The position numbers and the translations under genes are program-made. 57,457 bases of DNA from Elusimicrobia bacterium LH_S2. GTDB taxonomy: Bacteria; CG03; SLGR01; JAGXOG01. The stretch lies in the NCBI GenBank assembly GCA_023660015.1, contig JAGXOG010000002.1:1-57457 (forward strand). Reading direction: 5' to 3'. The notes beneath the pieces were generated by a model. It was not told the DNA's origin. It worked only from the letters and a program-made list of their open reading frames with translations, and did no database searches. Positions 18,191-27,593 of the stretch are shown here, piece by piece (within the stretch, counting starts at the first letter, position 1; every line of letters begins with the position of its first letter).

Positions 18191-18210
18191 AGGAGCCATA
18201 AGGAGCCATA
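18191..18210 (+). repeat. perfect 10-nt tandem duplication carrying the Shine-Dalgarno sequence
   Basis: 'aggagccata aggagccata' lies immediately upstream of the ATG at 18215. Confidence 0.9.
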
Positions 18211-18214
18211 ATAA

Positions 18215-19219
18215 ATGATATATATATTAATAACAGCTATAATTTTAATTACCCTGATATTTGCGGTAGTAAGATTTTTAAAAGAGCGTAAAATTAAAAA
18301 TCGTCAGTTTAAGATAAAAGATAAAATTAAAAAACATAAACCGATAAATTCTGAAGATGAACTTCGTCATTATAAAGAGTTTATTAAAAGATGTGCTGCA
18401 AACAACAACGAACGGTTATGCGCACTGACCCGGTATGCCATCTTTAATTTTTATAAGGATAAAGCAAATTACAATACGGAAAATATAAATAAAGCCGTTA
18501 CTCTCGGTGAATTTATGAAAAAAAATTATAAAGACCGGGACTTTTACAATGACTTTCTTTTTATGCTGGGTAATCTTTATTGTTTCAATCTTAATGATTT
18601 TGAAAAAGCTTTGGAAACTTATGAAAATCTTTTGGAAATAAGTCCGTCTACAAAGTGGAAGGACGTATGCCGGGACCGGATTAATCTTATCCGGAATAAT
18701 ATTGATAACCGGGAGATTTTAAAGGAATATGTTACAGCAGAGAAACATTTTGAAAATCTTGAATTTGATAAGACTGAAAAGTATTTAAAAAAGATTATTG
18801 ATGAAAACGGGGGGCTGAATATAGCCGGCAATGCTTTATATTTTCTTGGAGATATATATTATTACAAATATAATGATTTTGAAGAAGCCGATAAATATTA
18901 TTCGACTTTTTTCTCTACTTACACGAACCACCCGTTAAAGAAAAACGCTCTTTATAAATCCGGCGAAATTTTACGTAAGTTAAAGAGATGGAAAGAAGCA
19001 ATCGTTGTATATAAACAGTACATAGAAAAGTTTAAGGAGACGCCTTATGTCGAAGACGCCTATTTTTTTCTGGGAGATTGCTACTATAATATGGGGCGTT
19101 TAAAAAAGGCCAAAAATTCTTTTAGTCTTATTCTGGGGGATTATCCGGACAGTAAGTGGACAGAGGTTATTTACCACAAGATACAGGAAATTAATTCTAA
19201 ACTTAAGAAGAGCTATTAA
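18215..19219 (+). CDS. membrane-anchored tetratricopeptide (TPR) repeat protein
   Basis: N-terminal TM 'IYILITAIILITLIFAVV'. Repeated TPR-like 'A..Y.LG..YY..g.ydeA...Y' units, e.g. 'ALYFLGDIYYYKYNDFEEADKYY' and 'AYFFLGDCYYNMGRLKKAKNSF'. Confidence 0.75.
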   Translation: MIYILITAIILITLIFAVVRFLKERKIKNRQFKIKDKIKKHKPINSEDELRHYKEFIKRCAANNNERLCALTRYAIFNFYKDKANYNTENINKAVTLGEFMKKNYKDRDFYNDFLFMLGNLYCFNLNDFEKALETYENLLEISPSTKWKDVCRDRINLIRNNIDNREILKEYVTAEKHFENLEFDKTEKYLKKIIDENGGLNIAGNALYFLGDIYYYKYNDFEEADKYYSTFFSTYTNHPLKKNALYKSGEILRKLKRWKEAIVVYKQYIEKFKETPYVEDAYFFLGDCYYNMGRLKKAKNSFSLILGDYPDSKWTEVIYHKIQEINSKLKKSY

Positions 19220-19220
19220 A

Positions 19221-20228
19221 ATGATATATGCGGACGTATTTATAATTTCTCTTCTTGCCACACTAATAATTACAAAGCTATTTAAAAAAACAGCTGCAAA
19301 AATCGGATTTTACGATATTCCCCATACGGATTTAAAGACTCACTCCGATCCGACCCCTTATGCCGGATCTTCAATTTGGCTGAGTTTTATTATGGTAATG
19401 ATAGGGTTAAGAGTCTTTACTTCTTACCAGACGGGCACTCTCCATCAGTTAAGAGGGATTCTATACAGCGGGAGTATAGTTTTTCTTCTCGGTATTTTAG
19501 ACGACATATTTGATTTAAACTATATAGTTAAATTTATAGGGCAGGTCATTGCGGTGGCTATCCTTATTAAATACAATATTTTTATTAAACTTTTCCCCTT
19601 TCAGGCGCTGAACTATACATTAAGTCTCTTCTGGGTAATACTTGTAATAAATGCAATAAATATAATAGATGTTATGGACGGCCTTTCTTCCGGAGTAGCT
19701 GCCATGGCGGCCCTGGGTTTCTTTTTTGTAACTTTGCCTACCGAAAAAATTTACGTAAATTTTGCCGCAATTATACTTTGTGGTGCGCTTGCCGGTTTCT
19801 GGTTTTTTAACCGGCCGCCGGCGAAAGTATTTATGGGAGATGCAGGCAGCCTTTTTACCGGATTTATACTTGCCGCAATATCAATGGGAGCTGATTACAG
19901 TTCCGGGCATCTTATCGGGATATTTGCTCCGTTTCTTATACTGGGGGTCCCCATATACGATACACTTCTGGTAAGTTATTTTCGTTACAGGAAAGGGCAT
20001 TCTGTATTTAAAGGTTCCCACGACCATTATGCGCTAAGATTAAAAAGAAGGGGATTAAGCGCCTCAAAAATAGATATTATTTCATATTCAGTAACAACTG
20101 CGCTTGCTGTGAGCGCTTTTGCAATAACGGTTTTAAGCGGGGCCTATGCTATTCTTATAATAGTTGCGATTATTTTTTTAGCCGGATTAGGGATGGGGAT
20201 TTTATCTGAGCCGGGCGAATCCGGATAA
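19221..20228 (+). CDS. polyprenyl-phosphate N-acetylhexosamine-1-phosphate transferase (MraY/WecA glycosyltransferase family 4)
   Basis: Polytopic, with 'LGILDDIFDL', 'NAINIIDVMDGL' and 'FMGDAGSLF' motifs. Confidence 0.85.
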   Translation: MIYADVFIISLLATLIITKLFKKTAAKIGFYDIPHTDLKTHSDPTPYAGSSIWLSFIMVMIGLRVFTSYQTGTLHQLRGILYSGSIVFLLGILDDIFDLNYIVKFIGQVIAVAILIKYNIFIKLFPFQALNYTLSLFWVILVINAINIIDVMDGLSSGVAAMAALGFFFVTLPTEKIYVNFAAIILCGALAGFWFFNRPPAKVFMGDAGSLFTGFILAAISMGADYSSGHLIGIFAPFLILGVPIYDTLLVSYFRYRKGHSVFKGSHDHYALRLKRRGLSASKIDIISYSVTTALAVSAFAITVLSGAYAILIIVAIIFLAGLGMGILSEPGESG

Positions 20229-21535
20229 TGGATATAGTTATAATCGGGGCCGGGCTTACCGGCTTAAAGGCTGCCTATAAATTATCGCAGAAAGCACGGA
20301 TTACAATTCTGGAGAAAGACAGCCGGCCGGGAGGCCTGGTGCAGACTAAAGAAATTAACGGGTTTAAGCATGACCATACCGGCCATTTTCTCCATTTTAA
20401 AGAAAAAACTTCAAAAAAATTTGTACGTGATATTATCGCTCCCGTAAAATTACATAAAATAAGAAGAAATTCTTATATATATGCCCGGGGCCGTTATATT
20501 CCTTATCCTTTTCAGTCCCATATTTATTACTTACCCGAAGAAATCCGCCGTCGCTGTCTCGTTGAATTTCTAAATAGAAAAAAAGAAAATGAAAAGCCGC
20601 CCTACAATTCATTCTATAAATGGATGCTGGCAGAATACGGGGAAGGTATAGTTGAAGAGTTTATGCTTCCCTATAATCTTAAGATGTGGACCGTGCATCC
20701 CCGGGAACTTACGCTCGATTGGATGGGAAGGTTTGTGCCTAAGCCGGAACCCGAAGAGATAATCGCCGGTATAGTTTCGAAAAGAATCCCCGCCGAAGGT
20801 TATAATGCGGTATTTTACTACCCGGAAGGGGGGATAGGGATTTTAACCCGGCAACTTGCTTCTGAAGTTGACGGCATAATATATAACACAAAAGTTACAA
20901 ATGTTAATCCTGACAAGAAAGAAGTCACTGCCTCCGGGAAAAAATTCAGTTATGACAAACTTATAAATACTGCTTCTCTTAAGGAATTTGCCGGAGATAT
21001 ATTAAGTTCGCAAAATCCTAAGATAAAAAAAAATGCAGAAAAACTCTCCCATTCGTCTCTGCTTTATTTCAGTATTGGGTGGGAAGGCGAGCCCGGTCAA
21101 AATCTTCCCCGGGGAACGCACTGGGTTTATTTACCGGGCGAAGAATTTAAATTTTACAGAGTAGGTTTTCCTTCTAACCTGGGAGCCGGCCTTACTCCGC
21201 CGGGGAAAAGTTCGGCTTATGTTGAAATCTCTTTTTCACCGGATAATATTCCGTCCGAAGACGAAATATCAAATATCAAAAATGAAATTTTAGATAAACT
21301 TATAAAGATTGGGATTATACCGTCCGGGGATTCGGTGATTCATGCTCTGCCGGGAATAATTGATACATCTTATGTGATATATGACAAGAGCTGGAGAAAA
21401 TCCCGTAATTTTATAATACGGGAACTGGAGAAACTTGATATATATACCGGGGGCCGTTACGGGGGATGGGAATATTCGGCTATGGAGGATGCTCTCGGAT
21501 GGGGAGATAAATTATCAGAAAAATGCCTGAGATAG
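20228..21535 (+). CDS. FAD-dependent oxidoreductase, UDP-galactopyranose-mutase / protoporphyrinogen-oxidase-like
   Basis: 'IVIIGAGLTGLKAA...ILEKDSRPGG', 'HTGHFLHF' and a C-terminal 'GGRYGGWEYSAMEDA'. Confidence 0.65.
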   Translation: MDIVIIGAGLTGLKAAYKLSQKARITILEKDSRPGGLVQTKEINGFKHDHTGHFLHFKEKTSKKFVRDIIAPVKLHKIRRNSYIYARGRYIPYPFQSHIYYLPEEIRRRCLVEFLNRKKENEKPPYNSFYKWMLAEYGEGIVEEFMLPYNLKMWTVHPRELTLDWMGRFVPKPEPEEIIAGIVSKRIPAEGYNAVFYYPEGGIGILTRQLASEVDGIIYNTKVTNVNPDKKEVTASGKKFSYDKLINTASLKEFAGDILSSQNPKIKKNAEKLSHSSLLYFSIGWEGEPGQNLPRGTHWVYLPGEEFKFYRVGFPSNLGAGLTPPGKSSAYVEISFSPDNIPSEDEISNIKNEILDKLIKIGIIPSGDSVIHALPGIIDTSYVIYDKSWRKSRNFIIRELEKLDIYTGGRYGGWEYSAMEDALGWGDKLSEKCLR

Positions 21536-22674
21536 TACTCCATATAATAACAGAGCTTCAGCTGGGCGGTGCCCAGCAAAATACTCTCTATACGCTAGAA
21601 CACCTTGAGAATTCTTTCCGGGGGTTTCTCGTGGCCGGTTACGGAGGAGAGCTTTATAATGAGGCTAAAAGCTCCAAGAACTATAAATTCAGAGTCTGTC
21701 CTTTTTTAATACGCAGGATTAATCCTGTCTTTGACTTTCTAACTTTTTTTTGGCTTTTTTTTTACATTCTCCCGTTAAAAGTTGCGGTAGTGCATACGCA
21801 TTCTTCAAAAGCCGGTATTTTAGGCAGATGGGCGGCGAAACTGGCCGGCGCGCGCAGCATAATTCATACTTTTCACGGTTTCGGGTTTACTCCACTGCAG
21901 AGGGCGCTGGTAAGAAGGATTTTTATAATGGCGGAAAAATTAACGGCAAGAGTAACAGATCTGCTTCTAACGGTTGCCTATGCCAATATAACAAAAGCGC
22001 TTTCGGTGGGTATAGGCAAGCCGGAAAAATACAGGGTGGTAAGAAGTGGTATTGATCCTGAAAAATTTGAAAAAACAAGGAAAATTGATACCATAAGGCA
22101 AGAGTTAAATTTAAAAGAGAGTGATTTGCTGGTAGGAAATATATCCTGTTTTAAACCTCAAAAAGGGCTCTTTGATTACCTCGAAGTATGCAGCAGGTTA
22201 AGCAAAGAGATCCCGGACTGTTATTTTTTGATGGCGGGAGACGGGATGCTTCGCCGGTCTATAGAGAGAAAGATTAAAGAGTACGGATTAAGCAACCGTA
22301 TCTTTTTGCTTGGCTGGCGGAGGGATATTGAGACGATTATGGCCGGCATTGACGTTATGGTCCATACCGCTTACTTTGAAGGTCTTCCCCGGGTTTTTTT
22401 AGAAGCATGTGCCTCCGGGGTACCGGTGGTGGCAACTAAAGTTGACGGCGCAATTGATGTTATTAAAGAGGGGAAAAACGGTTATATGGCCCCTGCCGGG
22501 AATACGCGGCGGCTATTTGAATTTGCTCTGAAAGTATTGAAAAACAAAGAATTGAGAGATAGGATGTCCTTAAATGCAAAGAAGCAATTTAAGGATGAAT
22601 ACGACATAAGAACAATGTCAAAAAATTTAAATAAAATATATAACGAGATTATACAGAGAGATAACAATGAGTAA
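21523..22674 (+). CDS. GT4 family glycosyltransferase
   Basis: 'VLHIITELQLGGAQ' and 'EGLPRVFLEACASGVPVVATKVDGAIDVI'. Confidence 0.85.
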   Translation: MPEIVLHIITELQLGGAQQNTLYTLEHLENSFRGFLVAGYGGELYNEAKSSKNYKFRVCPFLIRRINPVFDFLTFFWLFFYILPLKVAVVHTHSSKAGILGRWAAKLAGARSIIHTFHGFGFTPLQRALVRRIFIMAEKLTARVTDLLLTVAYANITKALSVGIGKPEKYRVVRSGIDPEKFEKTRKIDTIRQELNLKESDLLVGNISCFKPQKGLFDYLEVCSRLSKEIPDCYFLMAGDGMLRRSIERKIKEYGLSNRIFLLGWRRDIETIMAGIDVMVHTAYFEGLPRVFLEACASGVPVVATKVDGAIDVIKEGKNGYMAPAGNTRRLFEFALKVLKNKELRDRMSLNAKKQFKDEYDIRTMSKNLNKIYNEIIQRDNNE

Positions 22675-24409
22675 AGATAAACCAAATTTATATAGAGATA
22701 TATTTTCGTATGAAGACGTACCGTATATTAACTTTGACAATAAAATTCCGAAACTTAATATACCGGAAAAGATAAGGATAACGGATACGACTTTCCGCGA
22801 CGGTCAGCAGTCCAGAGCGCCGTACACCGTTAAGCAGATTGTCGATTTATATACCATGCTTCACCGGCTTGGCGGCCCTCAGGGGATAATAAGTTTCAGC
22901 GAGTTTTTTTTATACAGTCACCGCGACCGTGAGGCGGTAAGAAGATGTTTGGATAAAGGTTTTAAATATCCGGAAATTACCGGCTGGATAAGAGCTAAGC
23001 AAGAGGATTTTAAACTTGTAAAAGATATGGGTTTAAAAGAAACCGGTATTCTTACTTCCGCTTCGGATTATCATATTTATTTAAAACTTAATTTAGACCG
23101 CAAGAGAGCTATGGATAATTACCTCAGAGTAGTGGATGCAGCTCTTGAAAATAATATTATTCCCCGCTGTCATCTTGAAGATATAACCCGGGCGGATTTT
23201 AACGGGTTTGTCATCCCGTTTGTTAAAAAACTTATGGAGCGCTCACAGGATGCGGGTATGCCGGTAAAGATAAGGGCCTGCGACACTCTCGGCTACGGAG
23301 TACCTCATCCGCAGGCGAAACTTCCCCGGTCGGTTCCCAAAATAGTAGATACCCTGGTAAATAAATGTGGGGTGCCATCCGAATATCTGGAGTGGCACGG
23401 ACATAATGATTTTCATAAAGTTATTGCCAACGGGTTTAATTCCTGGCTCTACGGATCTTCGGGGGTAAACGGCACGCTGCTGGGCTACGGTGAAAGAACC
23501 GGGAACCCACCTATAGAAGGGCTGGTTATGGATTATATAAGCCTCAAAAAAAGCCATGACGGTATGGATACAAAGGTTATAACCGAGATAGGGGATTATT
23601 TCAGGAAAGTACTTGACGAACATATTCCGCCTTCATTTCCGTTTGTGGGAAGCGAATTTAATACAACCCGTGCCGGCATACACGCTGACGGACTTATTAA
23701 AAACGAAGAAATTTACAATATATTTAATACTGATAAATTATTGGGGCGGTCTATGAATGTAGCCATAACCGATAAGTCCGGGGTTGCGGGCATATCCTTA
23801 TGGATTAATAATTTTCTTAAACTTCCCGAGGAAGAAAAGATTGATAAAAAAGATTCGCGTCTTATGAAAATATATAAGATAGTCATGGAAAGATATAAAC
23901 GGGGCAGGACTACGGCTCTTTCCAACAAAGAGATGGAATACCTGACCAAAGAATATTTTCCGTACTTTTTCGAATCTGAGTTCGACCGTCTGGGAAAAAA
24001 AGCGGACCGGCTGGCTACTCAGCTGGTCGAAGACCTCGCTAACAGCAACCGAATACGTTCAATGGATATCGATAAGCAGGAAGAAGTTATGGAAGAAGTC
24101 AGGGAGAAACATGATTTTATCCAGTTTATCTATGTCGTAGACCGCAAAGGGATTAAGATAACCCGCAATATTATAGATCCTGCCTTTTCTAAAGAATTCG
24201 AGAAAAAAGACGTGGGAGTCATATATTCCGACCGGGAATGGTTTAACCAGCCCATAAAGTCCGGGTTGTCTTTTGTCTCCGGCTTTTATGTTTCCCGGAT
24301 GACGGAGCGCCTCTGTATTACGGTCAGCGCCCCGATACGTGATGATAATGACAAGATAGTAGCCGTAGCAGGTATGGATATAAGTTTTTCCAACCTGGTA
24401 AAAATTTAG
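22667..24409 (+). CDS. HMGL-like (DRE-TIM) 2-oxoacid:acetyl-CoA condensing enzyme, probable Re-citrate synthase, fused to a C-terminal Cache/PDC-like domain
   Basis: 'ITDTTFRDGQQS' and 'EWHGHNDFHKVIANG'. No LeuA-dimer region. The last ~140 aa carry 'YSDREWFNQPIKSG...ITVSAPIRDDNDKIVAVAGMDISFSNL'. Gene context is aconitase-family and IDH genes. Confidence 0.65.
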   Translation: MSKDKPNLYRDIFSYEDVPYINFDNKIPKLNIPEKIRITDTTFRDGQQSRAPYTVKQIVDLYTMLHRLGGPQGIISFSEFFLYSHRDREAVRRCLDKGFKYPEITGWIRAKQEDFKLVKDMGLKETGILTSASDYHIYLKLNLDRKRAMDNYLRVVDAALENNIIPRCHLEDITRADFNGFVIPFVKKLMERSQDAGMPVKIRACDTLGYGVPHPQAKLPRSVPKIVDTLVNKCGVPSEYLEWHGHNDFHKVIANGFNSWLYGSSGVNGTLLGYGERTGNPPIEGLVMDYISLKKSHDGMDTKVITEIGDYFRKVLDEHIPPSFPFVGSEFNTTRAGIHADGLIKNEEIYNIFNTDKLLGRSMNVAITDKSGVAGISLWINNFLKLPEEEKIDKKDSRLMKIYKIVMERYKRGRTTALSNKEMEYLTKEYFPYFFESEFDRLGKKADRLATQLVEDLANSNRIRSMDIDKQEEVMEEVREKHDFIQFIYVVDRKGIKITRNIIDPAFSKEFEKKDVGVIYSDREWFNQPIKSGLSFVSGFYVSRMTERLCITVSAPIRDDNDKIVAVAGMDISFSNLVKI

Positions 24410-24415
24410 GTCGCA

Positions 24416-25744
24416 GTGCAACGGGATAAAAAAAATCTTTTAAAAAAGGCTGCCGCGCCGTTAAAGGAATCTTTAAAAAAACACAGTTTTTACCAGGGTA
24501 AGATAGAGGTTTCCCTCAAGTGCCCGGTTACTTCCATAGACGATTTTGCCATCTGGTATACTCCCGGGGTGGGGGAACCGGTTAAGGCAATCCAAAAAGA
24601 CAAGAAGCTCTCTTATGAATATAGTAACCGCGCTAATACGGTGGCTATAATAACCGACGGGACCCGGGTGCTGGGGTTCGGAGATACAGGTCCGGAAGCG
24701 GCGATGCCGGTAATGGAGGGGAAAGCCCTGATATTTAAGTATCTCGGAGGGGTTGATGCTGTGCCTCTCTGTCTGGATACCAAAGACACCGATGAAATAA
24801 TTAAAACGGTCAAAATACTTCAGCCTAATTTTGGGGGAATCAATCTTGAAGATATATCTTCTCCCAAATGTTTTCAGATACTTAACAGGCTGAAAACAGA
24901 TATGGATATACCGGTATGGCATGACGATCAGCAGGGTACTGCGGCCGTGACGCTGGCGGGGCTTATAAATGCGCTCCGTATAACCGGAAAAGATATTAAA
25001 AAAGTACGTATAGCTTTAATGGGAGCGGGGGCTTCCAATATAAGGATAGCTAACCTTTTTATTAAATACGGAGCCGATCCGGGTAAAATAATAATGGCCG
25101 ACAGCCGGGGAATTCTGAATAAAGACAGAAACGATATAAGAAAAAACAATAAGTATAAATGGGAATTGGTCCAAAAAACAAACAGAAACAATATGCAGGG
25201 CTCAACAAAAGATATGGCCGTCGGCGCTGATGTTATGTTTGCCTTTTCGTCACCGGGGCCGGGAACGATAAAAAAAGAATGGATTGCATCTATGGCGACG
25301 GAAGCAATTGTATTTGCTTGCGCAAATCCGGTTCCTGAAATATGGCCATGGGAGGCAAAAGAGGCGGGAGCGAAGATAGTAGCTACCGGTAGAAGCGATT
25401 TTGACAATCAGGTTAACAATTCTCTGGGATTTCCTGGTATTTTCAGGGGGGCTCTCGAAGTAGAAGCTACGGAGATTACTGATGAAATGTGTATCGCAGC
25501 TTCTGAGGCTCTGGCCGGTTATGCCCGTAAACAGGGAATAGATGCTAACTCTATTTTGCCCACTATGGAAGATGTTGAGGTATTTGCTTATGAGGCCGCG
25601 GCCGTCGGTATTGAAGCAATCAGGCAGGGGGTTGCCCTAAAAAAACTTTCTAATGACGAAATCTTTGGCAACTCGTTGGAAAAAATAAAGAGAGCCCAAA
25701 AGCAGGCCAAACTTATGATGAAAAATAATATAGTAAAAGTTTAG
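24416..25744 (+). CDS. NAD(P)-dependent malic enzyme (short form)
   Basis: 'WYTPGV', 'FGDTGPEAAMPVMEGKA' and 'GAGASNI'. GTG start. Confidence 0.9.
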   Translation: MQRDKKNLLKKAAAPLKESLKKHSFYQGKIEVSLKCPVTSIDDFAIWYTPGVGEPVKAIQKDKKLSYEYSNRANTVAIITDGTRVLGFGDTGPEAAMPVMEGKALIFKYLGGVDAVPLCLDTKDTDEIIKTVKILQPNFGGINLEDISSPKCFQILNRLKTDMDIPVWHDDQQGTAAVTLAGLINALRITGKDIKKVRIALMGAGASNIRIANLFIKYGADPGKIIMADSRGILNKDRNDIRKNNKYKWELVQKTNRNNMQGSTKDMAVGADVMFAFSSPGPGTIKKEWIASMATEAIVFACANPVPEIWPWEAKEAGAKIVATGRSDFDNQVNNSLGFPGIFRGALEVEATEITDEMCIAASEALAGYARKQGIDANSILPTMEDVEVFAYEAAAVGIEAIRQGVALKKLSNDEIFGNSLEKIKRAQKQAKLMMKNNIVKV

Positions 25745-25763
25745 TAACCAAGAGTTTTTTAAG

Positions 25764-27017
25764 ATGCGGCAGAATATTACAGAAAAGATAATATCGGCCC
25801 ATGCCGGCAAGGACGTAAAGGCGGGTGAGGTGGTATTCGTTGATGTGGACTGGGCGCTGGTGCAGGATGGCACCGGGCCGCTGACCATGGATGTAATTAA
25901 CGATATGGGCAAAGGTGTAAATAATCCTTCAAAAAACTGTATATTTCTGGATCACGCTTCGCCTTCTTCAAAATTTGAACTTTCAGACAGCCATAACAAA
26001 TTAAGGGAGAATGCAGAAAAATACGGTATGGATTTAAACGAAGTAGGATACGGTATCTGTCACCAGGTGATGGCCGAAGAGAAAGTGCGGCCCGGTCAGC
26101 TGGTAGTGGGGGCCGACTCCCATACCTGTACGGCCGGCGCTTTTGGAGCTTTTGCTTCTGGATTTGGCTCTACCGATATAGCCGTAGCCATGGCTACCGA
26201 CCGGATCTGGCTGAAGGTGCCCCCAGCAATAAAAGTCGAGTTTACCGGCAAGCTTCACCGACCATCGACGGCAAAAGACGTGATTTTATCTCTTATCGGA
26301 AAACTTTCCGCCCGGGGAGCTACTTACAAATCTCTTGAATTTACCGCAGAAGCCCCCAGCAGTCTGTCAATGGAAAGCCGGCTTACTATATGCAATATGG
26401 TTATAGAAGCCGGAGCCAAAAACGGTATAATGGAAGCAGACGGCAGGACTCTTGAATATCTCAAATATGAAAGGCCACAGGAAGATGCAAAAGATTATAA
26501 CCTTTATAGATCCGACCCGGAAGTAGATTACGAGGAAGTTATATCCATAGACCTATCCGGGATAACCCCTCAGGTTGCCTTGCCTCACAGCGTGGACAAC
26601 GTTAAGCCGGTTTCGGATATAGATGAGGCCATAAAAATAGACCAGGCTTTTATAGGCACTTGTACGGGAGGACGGATAGAAGATTTAAAGACCGCTGCCG
26701 AAGTTTTAAATGGAAAGAAAATAAAAAAAGGGGTAAGGCTGATAGTAACTCCCGCTTCTGCGCGGATATATAAAAGGGCTTTAAAAGAGGGCCTGCTGGA
26801 AATTTTCATGGAAAGTGGAGCCATGATAGGGACTCCTGGGTGCGGGCCGTGCGCAGGAATCCAGGGAGGAATTTTAGGCTCGGGGGAGAGATGTATCTCT
26901 GCAGCAAACAGAAATTTTAAAGGCAGGATGGGATGCACCGACAGTTATATATATCTGGCTTCCCCGTCAACGGTTGCTGCCTCGGCGCTTGACGGCGTTA
27001 TTACCGCAGCAGGATGA
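25764..27017 (+). CDS. aconitase-family dehydratase large subunit (LeuC/HacA type; putative aconitase in this context)
   Basis: 'GADSHT', 'GTCTGGR' and 'PGCGPCAG' Fe-S cluster ligand motifs. Confidence 0.85.
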   Translation: MRQNITEKIISAHAGKDVKAGEVVFVDVDWALVQDGTGPLTMDVINDMGKGVNNPSKNCIFLDHASPSSKFELSDSHNKLRENAEKYGMDLNEVGYGICHQVMAEEKVRPGQLVVGADSHTCTAGAFGAFASGFGSTDIAVAMATDRIWLKVPPAIKVEFTGKLHRPSTAKDVILSLIGKLSARGATYKSLEFTAEAPSSLSMESRLTICNMVIEAGAKNGIMEADGRTLEYLKYERPQEDAKDYNLYRSDPEVDYEEVISIDLSGITPQVALPHSVDNVKPVSDIDEAIKIDQAFIGTCTGGRIEDLKTAAEVLNGKKIKKGVRLIVTPASARIYKRALKEGLLEIFMESGAMIGTPGCGPCAGIQGGILGSGERCISAANRNFKGRMGCTDSYIYLASPSTVAASALDGVITAAG

Positions 27018-27517
27018 AAATAAATATGAAAGAAAAATTAACCGGCAGAGTTCACCGTTTCGGCGATAATATATCTACGGATTTAATATGTCCGGGAAAA
27101 TATTTTCACTTACGGTCAAATATACCCGAATTGGCAAAACATACTTTGGAAGACGCCGATAGAGAGTTTACAAAAAAAATGATGCCCGGAGATTTTGTAG
27201 TTGCCGGAGAAAATTTCGGCTGCGGTTCCTCCAGGGAACATGCGCCTATTATTATAAAAGAGGTTGGGGCCGGGGCGGTTTTAGCTAAAAGTTTTGCACG
27301 TATATTTTTTAGAAACGCGATAAATATAGGTTTTTTGGTTATGGAATGTAATACCGACGATTTAAATGACGGCGATGAGCTTATTATTAAACCTTCCGAA
27401 GGAATTATCAAGGATATTACTGCCGGTAAGGATATAAAATCCGCGCCACTAATGAATAAGATGCTGGACATATTAAATGCCGGCGGCTTTAAAGAATATG
27501 TAATGAAGACCTCATGA
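27014..27517 (+). CDS. aconitase-family dehydratase small subunit (LeuD/HacB type)
   Basis: 'GENFGCGSSREHAP'. ATGA overlap with the large subunit. Confidence 0.85.
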   Translation: MKINMKEKLTGRVHRFGDNISTDLICPGKYFHLRSNIPELAKHTLEDADREFTKKMMPGDFVVAGENFGCGSSREHAPIIIKEVGAGAVLAKSFARIFFRNAINIGFLVMECNTDDLNDGDELIIKPSEGIIKDITAGKDIKSAPLMNKMLDILNAGGFKEYVMKTS

Positions 27518-27593
27518 GCGCAAACTCACAAGAAACTATGAAAATAAAGCATTACTGCTTTTGCGGGAATATTTTAGGCGAAACAGAATTGAA

